From assembly GCA_964291215.2 (NCBI GenBank), contig OZ219790.1:64001-128000 (forward strand): a stretch of 64,000 bases of DNA, written 5' to 3'. The notes beneath the pieces are model-generated. The model was not told the origin of the DNA. It made no database searches and saw only the letters and a program-made list of their open reading frames with translations. Shown in pieces: positions 11,866 to 22,742 of the stretch (position 1 is the first letter of the stretch; each line of letters begins with the position of its first letter). This DNA is from Alphaproteobacteria bacterium. Its GTDB lineage: Bacteria; Pseudomonadota; Alphaproteobacteria; MPNO01; UBA830. Both the position numbers and the translations under genes were made by a program.

Positions 11866-13876
11866 ATTCCGCTTTCGCTTTGTGCACGCGCCGGACGAGC
11901 GTTTGGAGCAGGTCATCAAGGTTGTCCAAAACCTGTCTGAACTCCTCAGTACTCGCCTGAGCCCGCTCTTTACCGAGGCGCTTGTTGATTTCGTGATTGA
12001 CCATCATTAGAGCCGATACGTAGTTTTTATTCCCGGTAGTATTCAGGGACTGGTACTTGTAGGTCAGCTCGGTCCCCGTCATTGAGAGCTCGACATGATT
12101 GAGCAGGAGCTTCGCCAAGCGTTGCGCCTGTTCGTAAAGTCGTTTTTTCGCTTCTTCCCATTCGCGCTGCGGTTGGATCAGGAACGGCTCTGATGGAGCA
12201 CGTTTTCGGACGGCTACGCCTCGCGCTTTCTTGACCATTTCCTCGGCCTGGTCGGGGTCGAGGCCGAAAAGCTTCAGGCGGTCCCGAAAATCCTCGATGA
12301 TTTGCTGATCCTCGACGGTGGTGAAATCTTCCTCCCACAGCGATTCGACGATCTCACCATGAACGACGAGCCGTTCCTCGGCGGTCAGCCTCGCCGAACC
12401 GTCGAGTACCGACTTCGGCACTTCGGGTTCGTCGCCGCCGATGACCTTGTCCCAGAAGGCCTGGTCGTCATTTTCAAATTGTTTGAATTCCTTCAGGCGC
12501 TCATCGAGATTCATACCGAGATGCGTCACGATATGGCCGACATTATCGGGATGCATCGGGTCGTTCTGAACGACGACGCGCATGATCCTGCCGACGAACT
12601 GGACGTATGGCGCCAAAGTCCTGAACGGCCGGAAGATTGATGCGACGCTCAGCTTCGGGTGGTCGAAGCCCTCACCCAGCATCTGGACCTGGACGATGCA
12701 ATCCAGCGTTCCGTTCTGAAGCGCGTTGAGGATCGCCGCTTGTTCGTTGTCATTCTGTTTGCTGTGAATGACATCCGCGTTGAATCCGCGCTCCTGGTAC
12801 AACGACCGGATTTCCCGCGCATGGTTGATCGAGCACGCCACTGCGATCAGTTGATGGCGCGTTCCGCTTTGCCGCAGCTCCTCCAGCTTCTCCAGACTGC
12901 TATCGACGATGTGCTGGTTACAGGGACGCGCAAGCGCGACGCCGCGGCTGAACCAGTCTTCTTCCTTGAGTTTGAGAACCTCGTCGAGACTGTAGGTACG
13001 GCCGCGCTCGTCGCGAAATCCCAGTTCGATTTCCGAGGGTACGACATAACTCGCCTTCAGGCGCTTGATGTAACCTTTCAGCGTGGCGCTCCTAAACGAG
13101 TACCGATAGACCAGTTCGCCATCGATTTCCTGGCGGTCGCTCCGAAAGGGCGTGGCCGTCAGGTGAATGACCTTGGCAGACGGAAAGCGGTCGATGACCT
13201 TTTGCCAGCTTGCGGCTGTGCTGTGGTGGGCCTCGTCGACGATGATCATGTCGAAAAAGTCGTCAGGAAACTGTGTGAGCCATTTGTCGACGTTGGTAGC
13301 AAGCTGCTGGATATTTGTGATGACGATGTGGGATTTGGTTGCGACCGAGATGTTGCCGGTCTCCAGCGTGCAGGCCAGCGGTCCCGCGACCATCTGGTCT
13401 TTGCTAAGCACAGCCGTTTTACGCCAGAAGCATTTCTGGCGGTTAGTTATGTCCATCGCGTCGTAAAGGCCGTTTTTGATCGTCAGGTTGGGCGCGATGA
13501 CGATAACGCGTCCCTCGGCGAGACCTAGGGGAAGCAGGGCGGCTAGACCGGTCTTGCCGCAGCCGACAGGAATCTGAAGGATCGCCTTGTTCTTACCGGT
13601 GCGGAAGAATTCATAGGTGCGCAGATAGCCGTCGTGCTGTGGCTCCCGCAGGAACGCGTTGCCTTCGATGTCGAAATCAAGATTGACGAAGAAGGATTCC
13701 AGAGGCTGCTTTGTGCGAACCCAGGCATCCAGCCCTGCCTTCTCGAAAACCCACTTCTTGCCAATTTTCCGGGCCGGGATGCGCCCCTCGCGCGCAAGTG
13801 TATAGAGCGCGGTCTTACCCATACCCAAATAGGCTGCCGTTTCGTCGAGGGAGAGCCACCCAGCATTCGATTCCAT
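11846..13876 (-). CDS. Excisionase-type HTH fused to a ResIII-like SF2 (DEAH) helicase
   Basis: N-terminal LSLDETAAYLGMGKTALY..IPARKIGKKW; PVGCGKT, DEAHH, TATP, LGEGFD, QFVGRIMR. Confidence 0.88.
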   Translation of the reverse strand: MESNAGWLSLDETAAYLGMGKTALYTLAREGRIPARKIGKKWVFEKAGLDAWVRTKQPLESFFVNLDFDIEGNAFLREPQHDGYLRTYEFFRTGKNKAILQIPVGCGKTGLAALLPLGLAEGRVIVIAPNLTIKNGLYDAMDITNRQKCFWRKTAVLSKDQMVAGPLACTLETGNISVATKSHIVITNIQQLATNVDKWLTQFPDDFFDMIIVDEAHHSTAASWQKVIDRFPSAKVIHLTATPFRSDRQEIDGELVYRYSFRSATLKGYIKRLKASYVVPSEIELGFRDERGRTYSLDEVLKLKEEDWFSRGVALARPCNQHIVDSSLEKLEELRQSGTRHQLIAVACSINHAREIRSLYQERGFNADVIHSKQNDNEQAAILNALQNGTLDCIVQVQMLGEGFDHPKLSVASIFRPFRTLAPYVQFVGRIMRVVVQNDPMHPDNVGHIVTHLGMNLDERLKEFKQFENDDQAFWDKVIGGDEPEVPKSVLDGSARLTAEERLVVHGEIVESLWEEDFTTVEDQQIIEDFRDRLKLFGLDPDQAEEMVKKARGVAVRKRAPSEPFLIQPQREWEEAKKRLYEQAQRLAKLLLNHVELSMTGTELTYKYQSLNTTGNKNYVSALMMVNHEINKRLGKERAQASTEEFRQVLDNLDDLLQTLVRRVHKAKAEYEQKEA

Positions 13877-14679
13877 AGCTGTTCCTTATAGTATTTGATG
13901 CTGTATGATAGCAAATGAAAGGTCCTGATACAAGGGCTTCAGGCCGACGGAAGTTTGCCGCCAAGTCAATACAGGAATCCTGGCTTCTGGACCGGCTCCA
14001 GGCTCGCCCGCTCTATTGCGCACGACTTGAAAACCTGGTACCGCCGTGACCCGGGTTAGGCGGGACATGTCCCCCGTTCCATAGTGAAGTGCAACACATG
14101 ATGGGCTGTGGCCATGTGTTTTTAGACGCATGATGTTGCGGAGCGGTAGCGGCGAGAGTTCCTGTACAAGATGAAGGGAGCTTGTTCATGTCCAAAGGCT
14201 ACCGTCACCTACGAAGAGCGATGCCAGATTGAGGCAGAAGAGCGGTCTTTCACAAGGTACGATTGCTCGGCAGCTGGGCCGTGACCGATCAACAATTTTC
14301 CGGGAGATCAAGCGCAACACCGGGGGACGGAGTTACCGTCACAAGCAGGCGCAAAGGATGGCAGAAACGCGCCGCAGGGCCGCCTCGTCTGTTTCTTGGC
14401 GGTTGACGCCTCGGGTTGAGGCTCAGAAAAAGCTGCGGGAGGGCCGTGGGTCGGCAACGGATCCATGATCGCATTCATGAAGATCGGAGAGCCGGGGGCG
14501 TCTTGTGGAAGAAGCTTCGGCGGCGCGGCAAGAAGCCGAACTGGAAGGGCGGATGCCATTCCGGCCGGGTGGACATTTCCGAGGGAAATTATATACCAAA
14601 CTCCCATTTTTCCTTGACGCACCGGGCGTAATCCGCCATGATGAGGATAGGGCGAAACACGCCATAAGAGGTTGTTCCG

Positions 14680-15671
14680 ATGGTCAAAAAGGCACCCGGC
14701 AAAGCGTTCCGCAAGGGCATCAGCGTGAAGCGGCTGATGACCATGTTCCCGGACGACGAGAAGGCGCGGGAGTGGTTCGAGTCGCACATGTGGCCGGAGG
14801 GTCCGTTCTGCCCGCACTGCGGGTCCTACGATGTGCAGCACCCGATCGGGCACAAGACGATGACGCACCGCTGCCGGTCCTGCCCGAAGCGGCCGCAGTT
14901 CAGCCTGAGGACCGGCTCGGTCATGGAGGGCTCGAAGCTCGGCTACCGGGATTGGGCGATTGCGCTCTACCTCGTCATGACGAACCTCAAGGGCGTTTCG
15001 TCCATGCGCTTGCATCGTGAGCTGGAGATTACGCAGAAGAGCGCGTGGCATCTGGCGCACCGGCTCCGCAAGGCGCTGGAAAACGGAGAGGTTCCGATGT
15101 TCCTCGGCCCCGCAGAAGCCGACGAAACTTTCATCGGCGGAAAGCGTAAGAACATGTCGAACGCGAAGCGCAAGGCACTGGCGGAGGCTGGTGCCGGACG
15201 CGGGACGGTTGGGAAAGCCGCCGTGGCGGGCGTGAAGGACCGGGACACGAACCAGGTAGCCGCATGGAGGGAACCGACGCCAGCGCGCTCCAGTCCTTCG
15301 TGCGGGAGCACGTAGCGCCCGGCGCGACCCTCTATACCGATGAAGCGCCTGCCTACGCTGGAATGCCCGAATATGCCCACGAGGCGGTGAAGTACTCGGC
15401 CAAGGAGTTCGTGCGGGGCATGGCCTCAACGAATGGCATGGAGAGCTTCTGGGCAGGCCTCAAGCGCAGCTTTGTCGGGACCTTCCACAAGTTCAGCGAG
15501 AAGCATCTCGACCTCTATGTTGCCGAGGCGGCGGGCCGGCACAACATCCGGCCCCTGGACACCGAGGACATGATGGGGCGCACCGCCGCCGGCATGAGAG
15601 GCAAGCGGCTGCGGTATCAGGACCTCATCGCAGACAAGGGCCTGCCGTCCGGCGCAAGGCCAGTCGCATGA
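14680..15671 (+). pseudogene. IS1595 transposase, single frameshift near 15265
   Basis: CPHC...CRSC ribbon, EADETFIGG, YTDE, TNGMESFW, KHLDLYVAE. Confidence 0.88.
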
Positions 15672-16084
15672 GAGCCGGGTGGGTGACGGCACGGGCGAAC
15701 TGCTCCGTTGACGATTGCCTCAACTCCATCATCAAGCGGGTGAAGGACGATGTAGCCGAGTTCAACCGGCTCCCGACGCACAAGAGAGGCAGCCATGAGT
15801 TTCGGGCTGCGTTTGCGGACGGCGAACTGGTCGTCCGCCGCATCGAGTTGGTGAAGGACTATCGTGGCACACACGAAGTGGATGCCGACGACGGCAAGGA
15901 TGTGGTCGTCGTCCGGCGGTCGGATGAAGCCATTACCGCCTGCCGCTCGGGGAAGCTGCATTTGACGATCGTTCCGCAATGGAACCCCGAACGGCAGGAA
16001 TGCGACCTGCAAATCGACGAAGCGACATATCCGCTCTGGCAGATCAGCGAGCGTATTCTCGGCGAGTTTCTGTTCGACCGCTGA
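15668..16084 (+). CDS. Hypothetical protein (IS1595 cargo)
   Basis: 138 aa; ATGA overlap with the transposase stop. Confidence 0.65.
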   Translation: MRAGWVTARANCSVDDCLNSIIKRVKDDVAEFNRLPTHKRGSHEFRAAFADGELVVRRIELVKDYRGTHEVDADDGKDVVVVRRSDEAITACRSGKLHLTIVPQWNPERQECDLQIDEATYPLWQISERILGEFLFDR

Positions 16085-16091
16085 CCGGTGC

Positions 16092-16514
16092 CTATGCCCT
16101 GCGCTGGGCGTCTATCTCAAGCTGAAGCCGATTGATGAACGGCCGCACTGCGCCCTTCGGCACGTTCTTGATCTGCCGTGCAGCGAAGCCATCGTTGATG
16201 ATGATCTTGCCGAAGATGAGGCCAGTCTCCCCGGAGACGCCGTTGACCCTGTCGAGGGGTATCGAGGACTCCTTGAGGCCCCACAGCATTCCCTTGTCGA
16301 GGAAGAGCACCCGACGATCCGTCAGGGCGATCAGCCATGTGTTCCCGTCCAAGATGCCTGATGCGAAGCCAAGCACCTGCTCATCGTCCGTCAGGAGCTG
16401 CGGCAGATGCTTCAACTCCTTTTTGGTCCCGAACCCATCATCGCCGGACTCTCTGGCGATCTCCTTGAATTTCTGCTCAAGCTCCTGTTTCGATGCTCGC
16501 TTGAAATCGAACAT
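16092..16514 (-). CDS. Bacterial PH-domain protein (YokE/bPH-like), IS1595 cargo
   Basis: L..DEQVLGFASG...LIALTDRRVLFLDKG...IPLDRVNGVS..TGLIFGKI; RBS GGAGG. Confidence 0.8.
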   Translation of the reverse strand: MFDFKRASKQELEQKFKEIARESGDDGFGTKKELKHLPQLLTDDEQVLGFASGILDGNTWLIALTDRRVLFLDKGMLWGLKESSIPLDRVNGVSGETGLIFGKIIINDGFAARQIKNVPKGAVRPFINRLQLEIDAQRRA

Positions 16515-16801
16515 TCCGCCCTCCCTCCGCTATCGCACTGGTTCCCGGCGCCACCGGCTGGCGTCGGGCCGTTGTCAACACTGCACACGAAGTGAGAGTC
16601 CCACCTATTCGCCAGGCGGCGGGTGATCGGCCCGCTGCCGGGTTCAGGCTGTTCTATTCGGTGGGCGACCCGGCAGAGCGGGCGCGCACAGTGTTGACGG
16701 GGATACGATAGCAGGGGGTTTTTTCTGTTCCTATCCCTTGCATCACCGGCCAAAAACGGGCAGGCTGCCAGCCTGATCCCGCGAGCGGTGAGGCAAGGAA
16801 T

Positions 16802-16975
16802 ATGACGGCGCGCCAAGAGGTTCGATTGAAGTCTAACCGCTACCAGCCGACGAAGGCGGAAATCGAGGAAGTGTTCACGCCGCCGCGCAAGGCCGACGGG
16901 ACCGAATACAAGGTCGGCGAGGCGGTGCGGACGCTCATGCGCCCCGTGAAGGTGGTAGAAGACCCGGAAGCCTGA
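16802..16975 (+). CDS. Small 57-aa protein (below ORF-track cutoff), IS1595 cargo
   Basis: MTARQEVRLKSNRYQPTKAEIEEVF...; AAGGA RBS; followed by a GC hairpin. Confidence 0.55.
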   Translation: MTARQEVRLKSNRYQPTKAEIEEVFTPPRKADGTEYKVGEAVRTLMRPVKVVEDPEA

Positions 16976-17084
16976 AAGCGCAACGCCCCGCAGGTTGGGG
17001 GACCGACGCGGGGCGCTACTGGACTTAGGAACATCCGGGAGGTTCGACCAACCTAACCGGGAGCTTCCGCCATGGCAAGCAACA

Positions 17085-17369
17085 TCACTGCTTCGGATAC
17101 AGAGATTCCAGATCGACAAGCAGGTGCGCGCGTCCGTGAATTGATGTCGAAAGCAACTGGTGAAGCGCTCGAAGAGCTTGAGACTGCTTTTCCTCAGTTG
17201 AGAATGGCGGCCGAGCGGCGCATATCAGTTCCAAGATATACCCGGCCTCATCAAGGACAGTCTCGGCAGAGAATGCGTCCTCTGCCGGACGAGCTTCAGC
17301 CCTACGCAACGCTACGGCAATGCACACGGTGAATGCCCTGATCTGATCTCCGTCATGCGCTTCCTCCAT
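17085..17369 (-). CDS. Hypothetical protein (IS1595 cargo)
   Basis: 94-aa helical-looking ORF; competing ORF 17072-17332 on the + strand. Confidence 0.35.
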   Translation of the reverse strand: MEEAHDGDQIRAFTVCIAVALRRAEARPAEDAFSAETVLDEAGYILELICAARPPFSTEEKQSQALRALHQLLSTSIHGRAHLLVDLESLYPKQ

Positions 17370-18159
17370 GCCTTGGCGGCCCGTTGACGGCGCAACCGGC
17401 TGGCGCTACATGGAGCGGCAGACGGGGCACGGCCGGCCTCGGCTCGCAGGTTCAACAACGCCCCGGTGTTCCAAGCACCGGGGCGTTGGCGTTCTAGGCT
17501 ATGGTGCGGAAACGGTCAAGCGAAAGTGGGACTTTGGTATATAATTCCCTTTCCGAGCGCCCTGCGGAGGCAAAGGAACGGATCGGCGACCGGGAGCCAT
17601 CATCGGCAAAGCTCACAGTGGAGCTGTCGTGTCGCTCGTGCCACGAAATACACCTTGCCGGGTGGACAGAAAGACACGGTCGGTTCGGTCATGATCCGCC
17701 TGCTCGGTTCTGGTGCGCTATTGGTCCACACAATCACAACGGCAAGGAGTTCGCAGACCACAGGCGTGTCGCACTTGACGCAGATTTCTTCTTCGCCTTT
17801 CCATTCCTGGGAGCGCGGCTTGAATGAGCACACCAACGGCCTGGTGCGGGAGTACTTCCCGAAGGGCACGGACTTTCGCGCGATATGCAACGAAGATGTT
17901 CAGAAGGTACAGGATCGGCTCAACACTCGGAAAGTCCCGGGATCGCCGACGGAGGTAATGTTCGACCTTGAAGTGAAACCGCCCTGACCATCTGCGTTCC
18001 GTAGCCGCACGTGCAGCAGGGTCCATGCCGCGCGACGGCGAAATAGTGGCTTGAAGCCGACAAAGGCGTTGCATAAGCTCGATGTTGAAGGAACTGAAGC
18101 TGTTCCCAGGCGGAATCGAGAGGGGCAGAGGGGGAAAATTTGTGCAACATCCGGCCCCT

Positions 18160-18835
18160 GATGAAATACCTGATCCTGGATGCGCGCTACGAAAAAGCCC
18201 GCCATGACGGCGTTGTGCGCGATGTCGCAGTGTCTCGGCCATCGGAATAGGGGCTGCAGGCACGTTCTGGGGCTCTCTGTGGCGCTCTCCGAGGCCGAGG
18301 TCCATTGGAGAGCCTTCCTGGAAAGCTTGCTAGCCCTGCATGGTACGACCTTCATCGTCTCGGATACCGGGCTGAAAGCAGCACGACGCGCGGTGCTGGG
18401 CGCGGCGACGTGGCAGCGCTGCCAGTTCCACCTGGCGCAAAACGCCGTGCACCGAACAACGACATCAGGAAACGCATTGGAAAACAGCTCGGAGCCACGC
18501 CTCCTCACTCCAAACCGCCGAGGTTGAACTGGCCGCCCTCGTGGCCAGCGACAAGCATCCAGGCTTCCTGGCTGGAAAACAATGCGGGGCTCGCTGTCTT
18601 CACCTTGCCCGATGCTCACCGCAAGCGCATGCGAACCTCGAACGGCATCGAGCGACCGATCCAGCAAGAGCTCAAGCGGCGCACCTCCAAAGTCAGGGTC
18701 TTTCCGAACCTCGCCTCGTTGGAGCGCCTCTCAACCGCAGTCCTCGTCGAGGAAAAATGGGAAACCGAAACCAAGATCAAATGGGAACAGCTCGATCAGC
18801 TTCACGACAATTTTTAGACATCAGGTTGCGTAATC
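18160..18835 (+). pseudogene. IS256-family transposase remnant
   Basis: YLILDARYEK, LSEAEVHWRAFLESL, WQRCQFH, RMRTSNGIER...RRT..V.VFPN; right-end motif at ~18810-18835. Confidence 0.85.
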
Positions 18836-18839
18836 ACAT

Positions 18840-19232
18840 TCCGAAGAGCTGCACGGACCGTGCGCCGCTTCAGCGTCTCGGCGTATCCGTGGACGAAAGG
18901 CTCGTCACCGTCGCTACCGTGACGGCATTCCAGCCCGGATGGGCCGATTCGTGCAGCGGCACCGATAATGTTCTCACGGAGGACCAATCCTGTTTCTTCG
19001 CGGTCCACATGGTACGCAACTGCCGGAAAAGCGTCCGGGCAGGATCATTGACGAAAGGCACCTTCGCCAGCACCTCCGGGCGTCGTGCGGCGGGAGGCGC
19101 GGCACCGGCCATGTCTCCATAAGCGCCAGAACAGACCGTGCTTCGGTCGCGGTCACACGGCACTGCGATTCGATTGCAAACTGTCCGGCTATGGAGCAGG
19201 ATTGGATGATCGTCCACCGGCATTGTGCCCAT
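18840..19232 (-). pseudogene. Possible degenerate response-regulator receiver
   Basis: VDDHPIL start and weak receiver-like segments in shifted frames. Confidence 0.25.
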
Positions 19233-19478
19233 GGAGGCGGCGAGGCAAGAAAGGGCCGGAGAGGCAGAGCATGGCTAGGGGAACACCCACACGACGATTC
19301 CACGCTGCCAATCCAGCGGCGACCGGCGAGATTTTTCGGTCTGCGTCGCGCTGCAATCGTGCCGCCAAGGCTCAATGAGACCTTCTCGGCGCGAAAAATT
19401 GCGATCAAGGGGCGATCTGTGATGACGCGAGCCCCAACGCACTCGGATTTCGCGTCTCGGAATCAGCATGGGATCGCC

Positions 19479-20945
19479 GTGGGAACACCCAGGAAACAGC
19501 AAGGCGGCGCGACGACCGGGCGCGGCTCAATGGAGGCGGCGGAATACAAGCATGTCGTCCTCGGTCTGATCTTCCTGAAATACATCTCCGACGCCTTCGA
19601 GGAGCGCCATGCGGCGGTGTTGGCCGAATGGGGCGCGGACGCCGCCGAGGACCGGGATGAGTATGCGGCCGAGAACATCTTCTGGGTGCCGCCGGAAGCC
19701 CGCTGGGAGCATCTGAAGGCGCAGGCGCGGCAGCCGGCTGTGGGCCAGGCGATGGCGGCGGTTGAGCGGGAAAATCCCGCGCTCGAAACTGTGCTGCCGA
19801 AGGACTATGCCCGCCCCGCCCTCAACAAGCAATGGCTCCGCCAGCTCATCGACATGGTCGGCAACATCCGGGTGGGCGATGCGGCGGCGCGCTCGCGCGA
19901 TGTGTTGGGCCGGGTCTACGAGTATTTCCTGTCCCGGTTCGCGAACGCCGAGGGCAAGAAGGGCGGCGAGTTCTACACTCCGCGCTGCGTCGTCCGGCTG
20001 CTGGTCGAGATGCTGGAGCCGTACCGGGGGCGGGTTTACGACCCGTGCTGCGGCTCGTCCGACATGTTCGTGCAATCGGTCGAATTCATCCGCGCCCACG
20101 CCACCGGCAATGGCGGCCGGATGCGCGGCGACATTTCCATCTGGGGCCAGGAATCCAACTACACGACATGGCGACTGGCAAAGATGAACCTCGCCATCCG
20201 CGGCATCGAGGGCCGCATCGCCCATGGCGACAGCTTCCATAACGACCGCCACCCCGACCTCAAGGCCGACTTCATCCTTGCCAATCCGCCGTTCAACGTG
20301 AAGGACTGGGGCGGCGAGCGTCTGGTCGACGACAGGCGCTGGCAATACGGGACCCCGCCGCCGCGCAACGCCAACTTCGCCTGGGTGCAGCACATGGTCC
20401 ACCATATGGCGCCCGGCGGCACGGCAGGGATCGTGCTTGCCAACGGTTCCATGTCGTCGGCCCAGTCGGGCGAGGGCGAGATCCGCCGCAACCTGGTCGA
20501 GGCCGGCCTCGTGGACTGCATGGTCGCCCTGCCGGGCCAGCCCTTCTACTCGACGCAGATTCCGGCCTGCCTGTGGTTCCTGACGCGGGACCGCGGCAAC
20601 GGCCGGTTCCGCGACCGGCGCGACGAAATCCTGTTCGTCGATGCCCGCGCGCTGGGGCGCATGGCGGACCGCACCCACCGCGAGTTGACGGACGAGGACA
20701 TCGCCCGCATCGTCGGCGCCTACCACGCTTGGCGCGGCGCGGCGCTGGCCGAGGTGCGCCAGCACGGCCATGTACTCACCCCCGGCCGCTATGTCGGCGC
20801 GCCGCCGCAGGAGGACGACGGCGAACCCTTCGAGAACAGGATGAGGCGCCTCGCTGCGCAGCTGCGCGAGCAGCAGGCCGAGGGGGCGCGGCTGGACGCG
20901 GCGATCGAGAAGAACCTCCAGGCGCTGGGGTTCAGGGGGAATTGA
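19479..20945 (+). CDS. hsdM: Type I R-M methyltransferase subunit with apparent in-frame deletions (possibly inactive)
   Basis: [33 protein letters not shown]; segments usually present (LW..ADAL; after AWRG) are missing; no hsdS or hsdR in the window. Confidence 0.85.
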   Translation: MGTPRKQQGGATTGRGSMEAAEYKHVVLGLIFLKYISDAFEERHAAVLAEWGADAAEDRDEYAAENIFWVPPEARWEHLKAQARQPAVGQAMAAVERENPALETVLPKDYARPALNKQWLRQLIDMVGNIRVGDAAARSRDVLGRVYEYFLSRFANAEGKKGGEFYTPRCVVRLLVEMLEPYRGRVYDPCCGSSDMFVQSVEFIRAHATGNGGRMRGDISIWGQESNYTTWRLAKMNLAIRGIEGRIAHGDSFHNDRHPDLKADFILANPPFNVKDWGGERLVDDRRWQYGTPPPRNANFAWVQHMVHHMAPGGTAGIVLANGSMSSAQSGEGEIRRNLVEAGLVDCMVALPGQPFYSTQIPACLWFLTRDRGNGRFRDRRDEILFVDARALGRMADRTHRELTDEDIARIVGAYHAWRGAALAEVRQHGHVLTPGRYVGAPPQEDDGEPFENRMRRLAAQLREQQAEGARLDAAIEKNLQALGFRGN

Positions 20946-22060
20946 TGCCGCCCGTCCGCTACCATGCTGGCCGCTTCCCGCCCGAAGACCGGATCGACTG
21001 GCGCAAACTGATCCCCCATATCGGCCCCGCGGCCGCGGCGCTGGCGCGTTACGACGGGGTACTGGCGGTGGTTCCGAATCCCAGAGTTCTGCTCGCGCCG
21101 CTGAGCACTCGAGAGGCGGTACTCTCGTCGCGAATCGAGGGAACCCGGGCCACGATGGGCGAAGTGCTGCAATTCGAGGCCGGCCGGCCGGCCGATTCGC
21201 CGACGCACCACGACGACATTCACGAAGTGCTCAACTACCGCGCCGCCATGCGCCAGGCAGAAGAGGCGCTGGAGACGCTGCCACTCTCCCAAAGGGTTAT
21301 TCGGGAGGCGCACGCAGTATTGCTGCGCGGCGTGCGGGGCCAAGGGAAGTCGCCCGGCACATACCGGCGGGTCTCCAACTGGATCGGCCCGCCCGGCTGC
21401 ACCGTGGACGAAGCGCGGTTCGTGCCGGTCGAGGCAGACAGGCTCCTCGAAGCCATGGACGCATGGGAACGCCACCTCCATGCGGAAACGCCCGACAGGC
21501 TGGTGCAACTGGCTGTCCTTCACGCCGAATTCGAGGCCCTGCACCCCTTCCTCGACGGCAATGGACGCCTCGGACGTATGCTCGTGCCGTTGTTCCTGTG
21601 GCAGGCCAACCAGATCCGTGCGCCCATGTTCTACATCAGCGCCTACTTCGAGGCGCACCGCGACGCCTACTACGACGGCCTGCTCACCGTGTCCCGCGAC
21701 GACGACTGGACGGGTTGGTGCCGGTTCTTCCTCAAAGCCGTCAAGCTACAGGCCGAGGACAATCTGGCTAGGGCGCAAGGGATTGTCGAACTCTACGACA
21801 CGATGAAGGGTCGTGTGGTCGGCCTGACCCGGTCCCAGTACGCCATCTTCGCTCTGGACTGGATCTTCGGACAGCCGATCTTCCAAAGCACCGACTTCGT
21901 GTCCCAGTCGGCGATCCCGGCCCCCACGGCGCGGCGGATTCTCAACCTCTTGCGTGAAGCCGGCATCCTCGAGACCATCATCGAAGGCCGGGGCCGTCGC
22001 GCCGCTGTTCTAGCGTTTCCCGAACTATTGAATATCGTGGAGGGTGGGAAGGAGTTTTGA
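20945..22060 (+). CDS. Fic-family protein
   Basis: SSRIEG inhibitory motif; [12 protein letters not shown]; TGATG overlap with hsdM. Confidence 0.92.
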   Translation: MPPVRYHAGRFPPEDRIDWRKLIPHIGPAAAALARYDGVLAVVPNPRVLLAPLSTREAVLSSRIEGTRATMGEVLQFEAGRPADSPTHHDDIHEVLNYRAAMRQAEEALETLPLSQRVIREAHAVLLRGVRGQGKSPGTYRRVSNWIGPPGCTVDEARFVPVEADRLLEAMDAWERHLHAETPDRLVQLAVLHAEFEALHPFLDGNGRLGRMLVPLFLWQANQIRAPMFYISAYFEAHRDAYYDGLLTVSRDDDWTGWCRFFLKAVKLQAEDNLARAQGIVELYDTMKGRVVGLTRSQYAIFALDWIFGQPIFQSTDFVSQSAIPAPTARRILNLLREAGILETIIEGRGRRAAVLAFPELLNIVEGGKEF

Positions 22061-22184
22061 GACTTGCCTGTGCCACACAACGGTTGTTGAGTCTCATTAT
22101 CTTGCTAAAATTGATCGGCAAATCGGCTTGCTGCTCATGGATGAGCCGCAACGGGCCTGGGCGCCGGAGACCGAGCGGCGGGAC

Positions 22185-22610
22185 ATGAGCATCGATACGA
22201 CTTTCCTGCGGCGCTGCATCGGTGCGCTGGAAACTGTCTTCCGCGAGATCGGGAAGCATCGCGCGGCGGACGACTTCATGTACGACATCTATCGCGCCGC
22301 CTGCGTGAAGGAGTTCGAGTTGGTGCTGGAGCAGAGCGGCAAGCTGTTGCGCAAGCGGCTTGCCGGTTTCTTCGCCAGCAACAGGCAGGCCGACCGGCTT
22401 GTCTTCAAGGACCTGTTCCGTCATGCCGCCCGGCACGGACTGATCGGAGCCGCCGCGGCGAAACGCTGGCTCGGCTATCGCGACAACCGCAACGATACCG
22501 CGCACGACTACGGCAAAAGCTTCGCCGAGGCCACGCTGAGGCTATTGCCCGACTTTATCGCCGATGCCCGGACGCTGGCGGGGAGACGTGATCGAGGCGG
22601 CGCCGGATGA
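22185..22610 (+). CDS. HEPN nucleotidyltransferase substrate-binding protein (HI0074-like)
   Basis: RAACVKEFELVLEQSGKLLRK; RNDTAHDY. Confidence 0.85.
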   Translation: MSIDTTFLRRCIGALETVFREIGKHRAADDFMYDIYRAACVKEFELVLEQSGKLLRKRLAGFFASNRQADRLVFKDLFRHAARHGLIGAAAAKRWLGYRDNRNDTAHDYGKSFAEATLRLLPDFIADARTLAGRRDRGGAG

Positions 22611-22742
22611 CTGACCGGCTGCATCTCCAGCCACAGCATCGCAAAGTGCTGAAAACGCTGTTGCGGAAGCATGGGCCCGATGTGGAGGCGTAGGCCTATG
22701 GCATCCGCATCAACGGGCAGTCATGACAGCAGCGACCTCGCT

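Larger units (their letters stand above)
14584..17549 (+). mobile_element. IS1595-family transporter element with passenger genes
   Basis: TIRs GGAAATTATATACCAAACTCCCATTTT / GGGAATTATATACCAAAGTCCCACTTT; 8-bp TSD TTTCCGAG at 14576-14583 and 17550-17557. Confidence 0.92.
14072..17984 (+). mobile_element. IS30-family element, degraded, interrupted by IS1595
   Basis: GLSQGTIARQLGRDRSTIFREIKRN (5' part); WERGLNEHTNGLVREYFPKGTDF (3' part); TGAAGTGCAACA-type terminal motif; ends approximate. Confidence 0.8.

Noticed and set aside
15250-15320. Programmed frameshift in the IS1595 transposase
   Set aside because: No slippery heptamer is visible, and residues seem missing at the junction, consistent with a small deletion.
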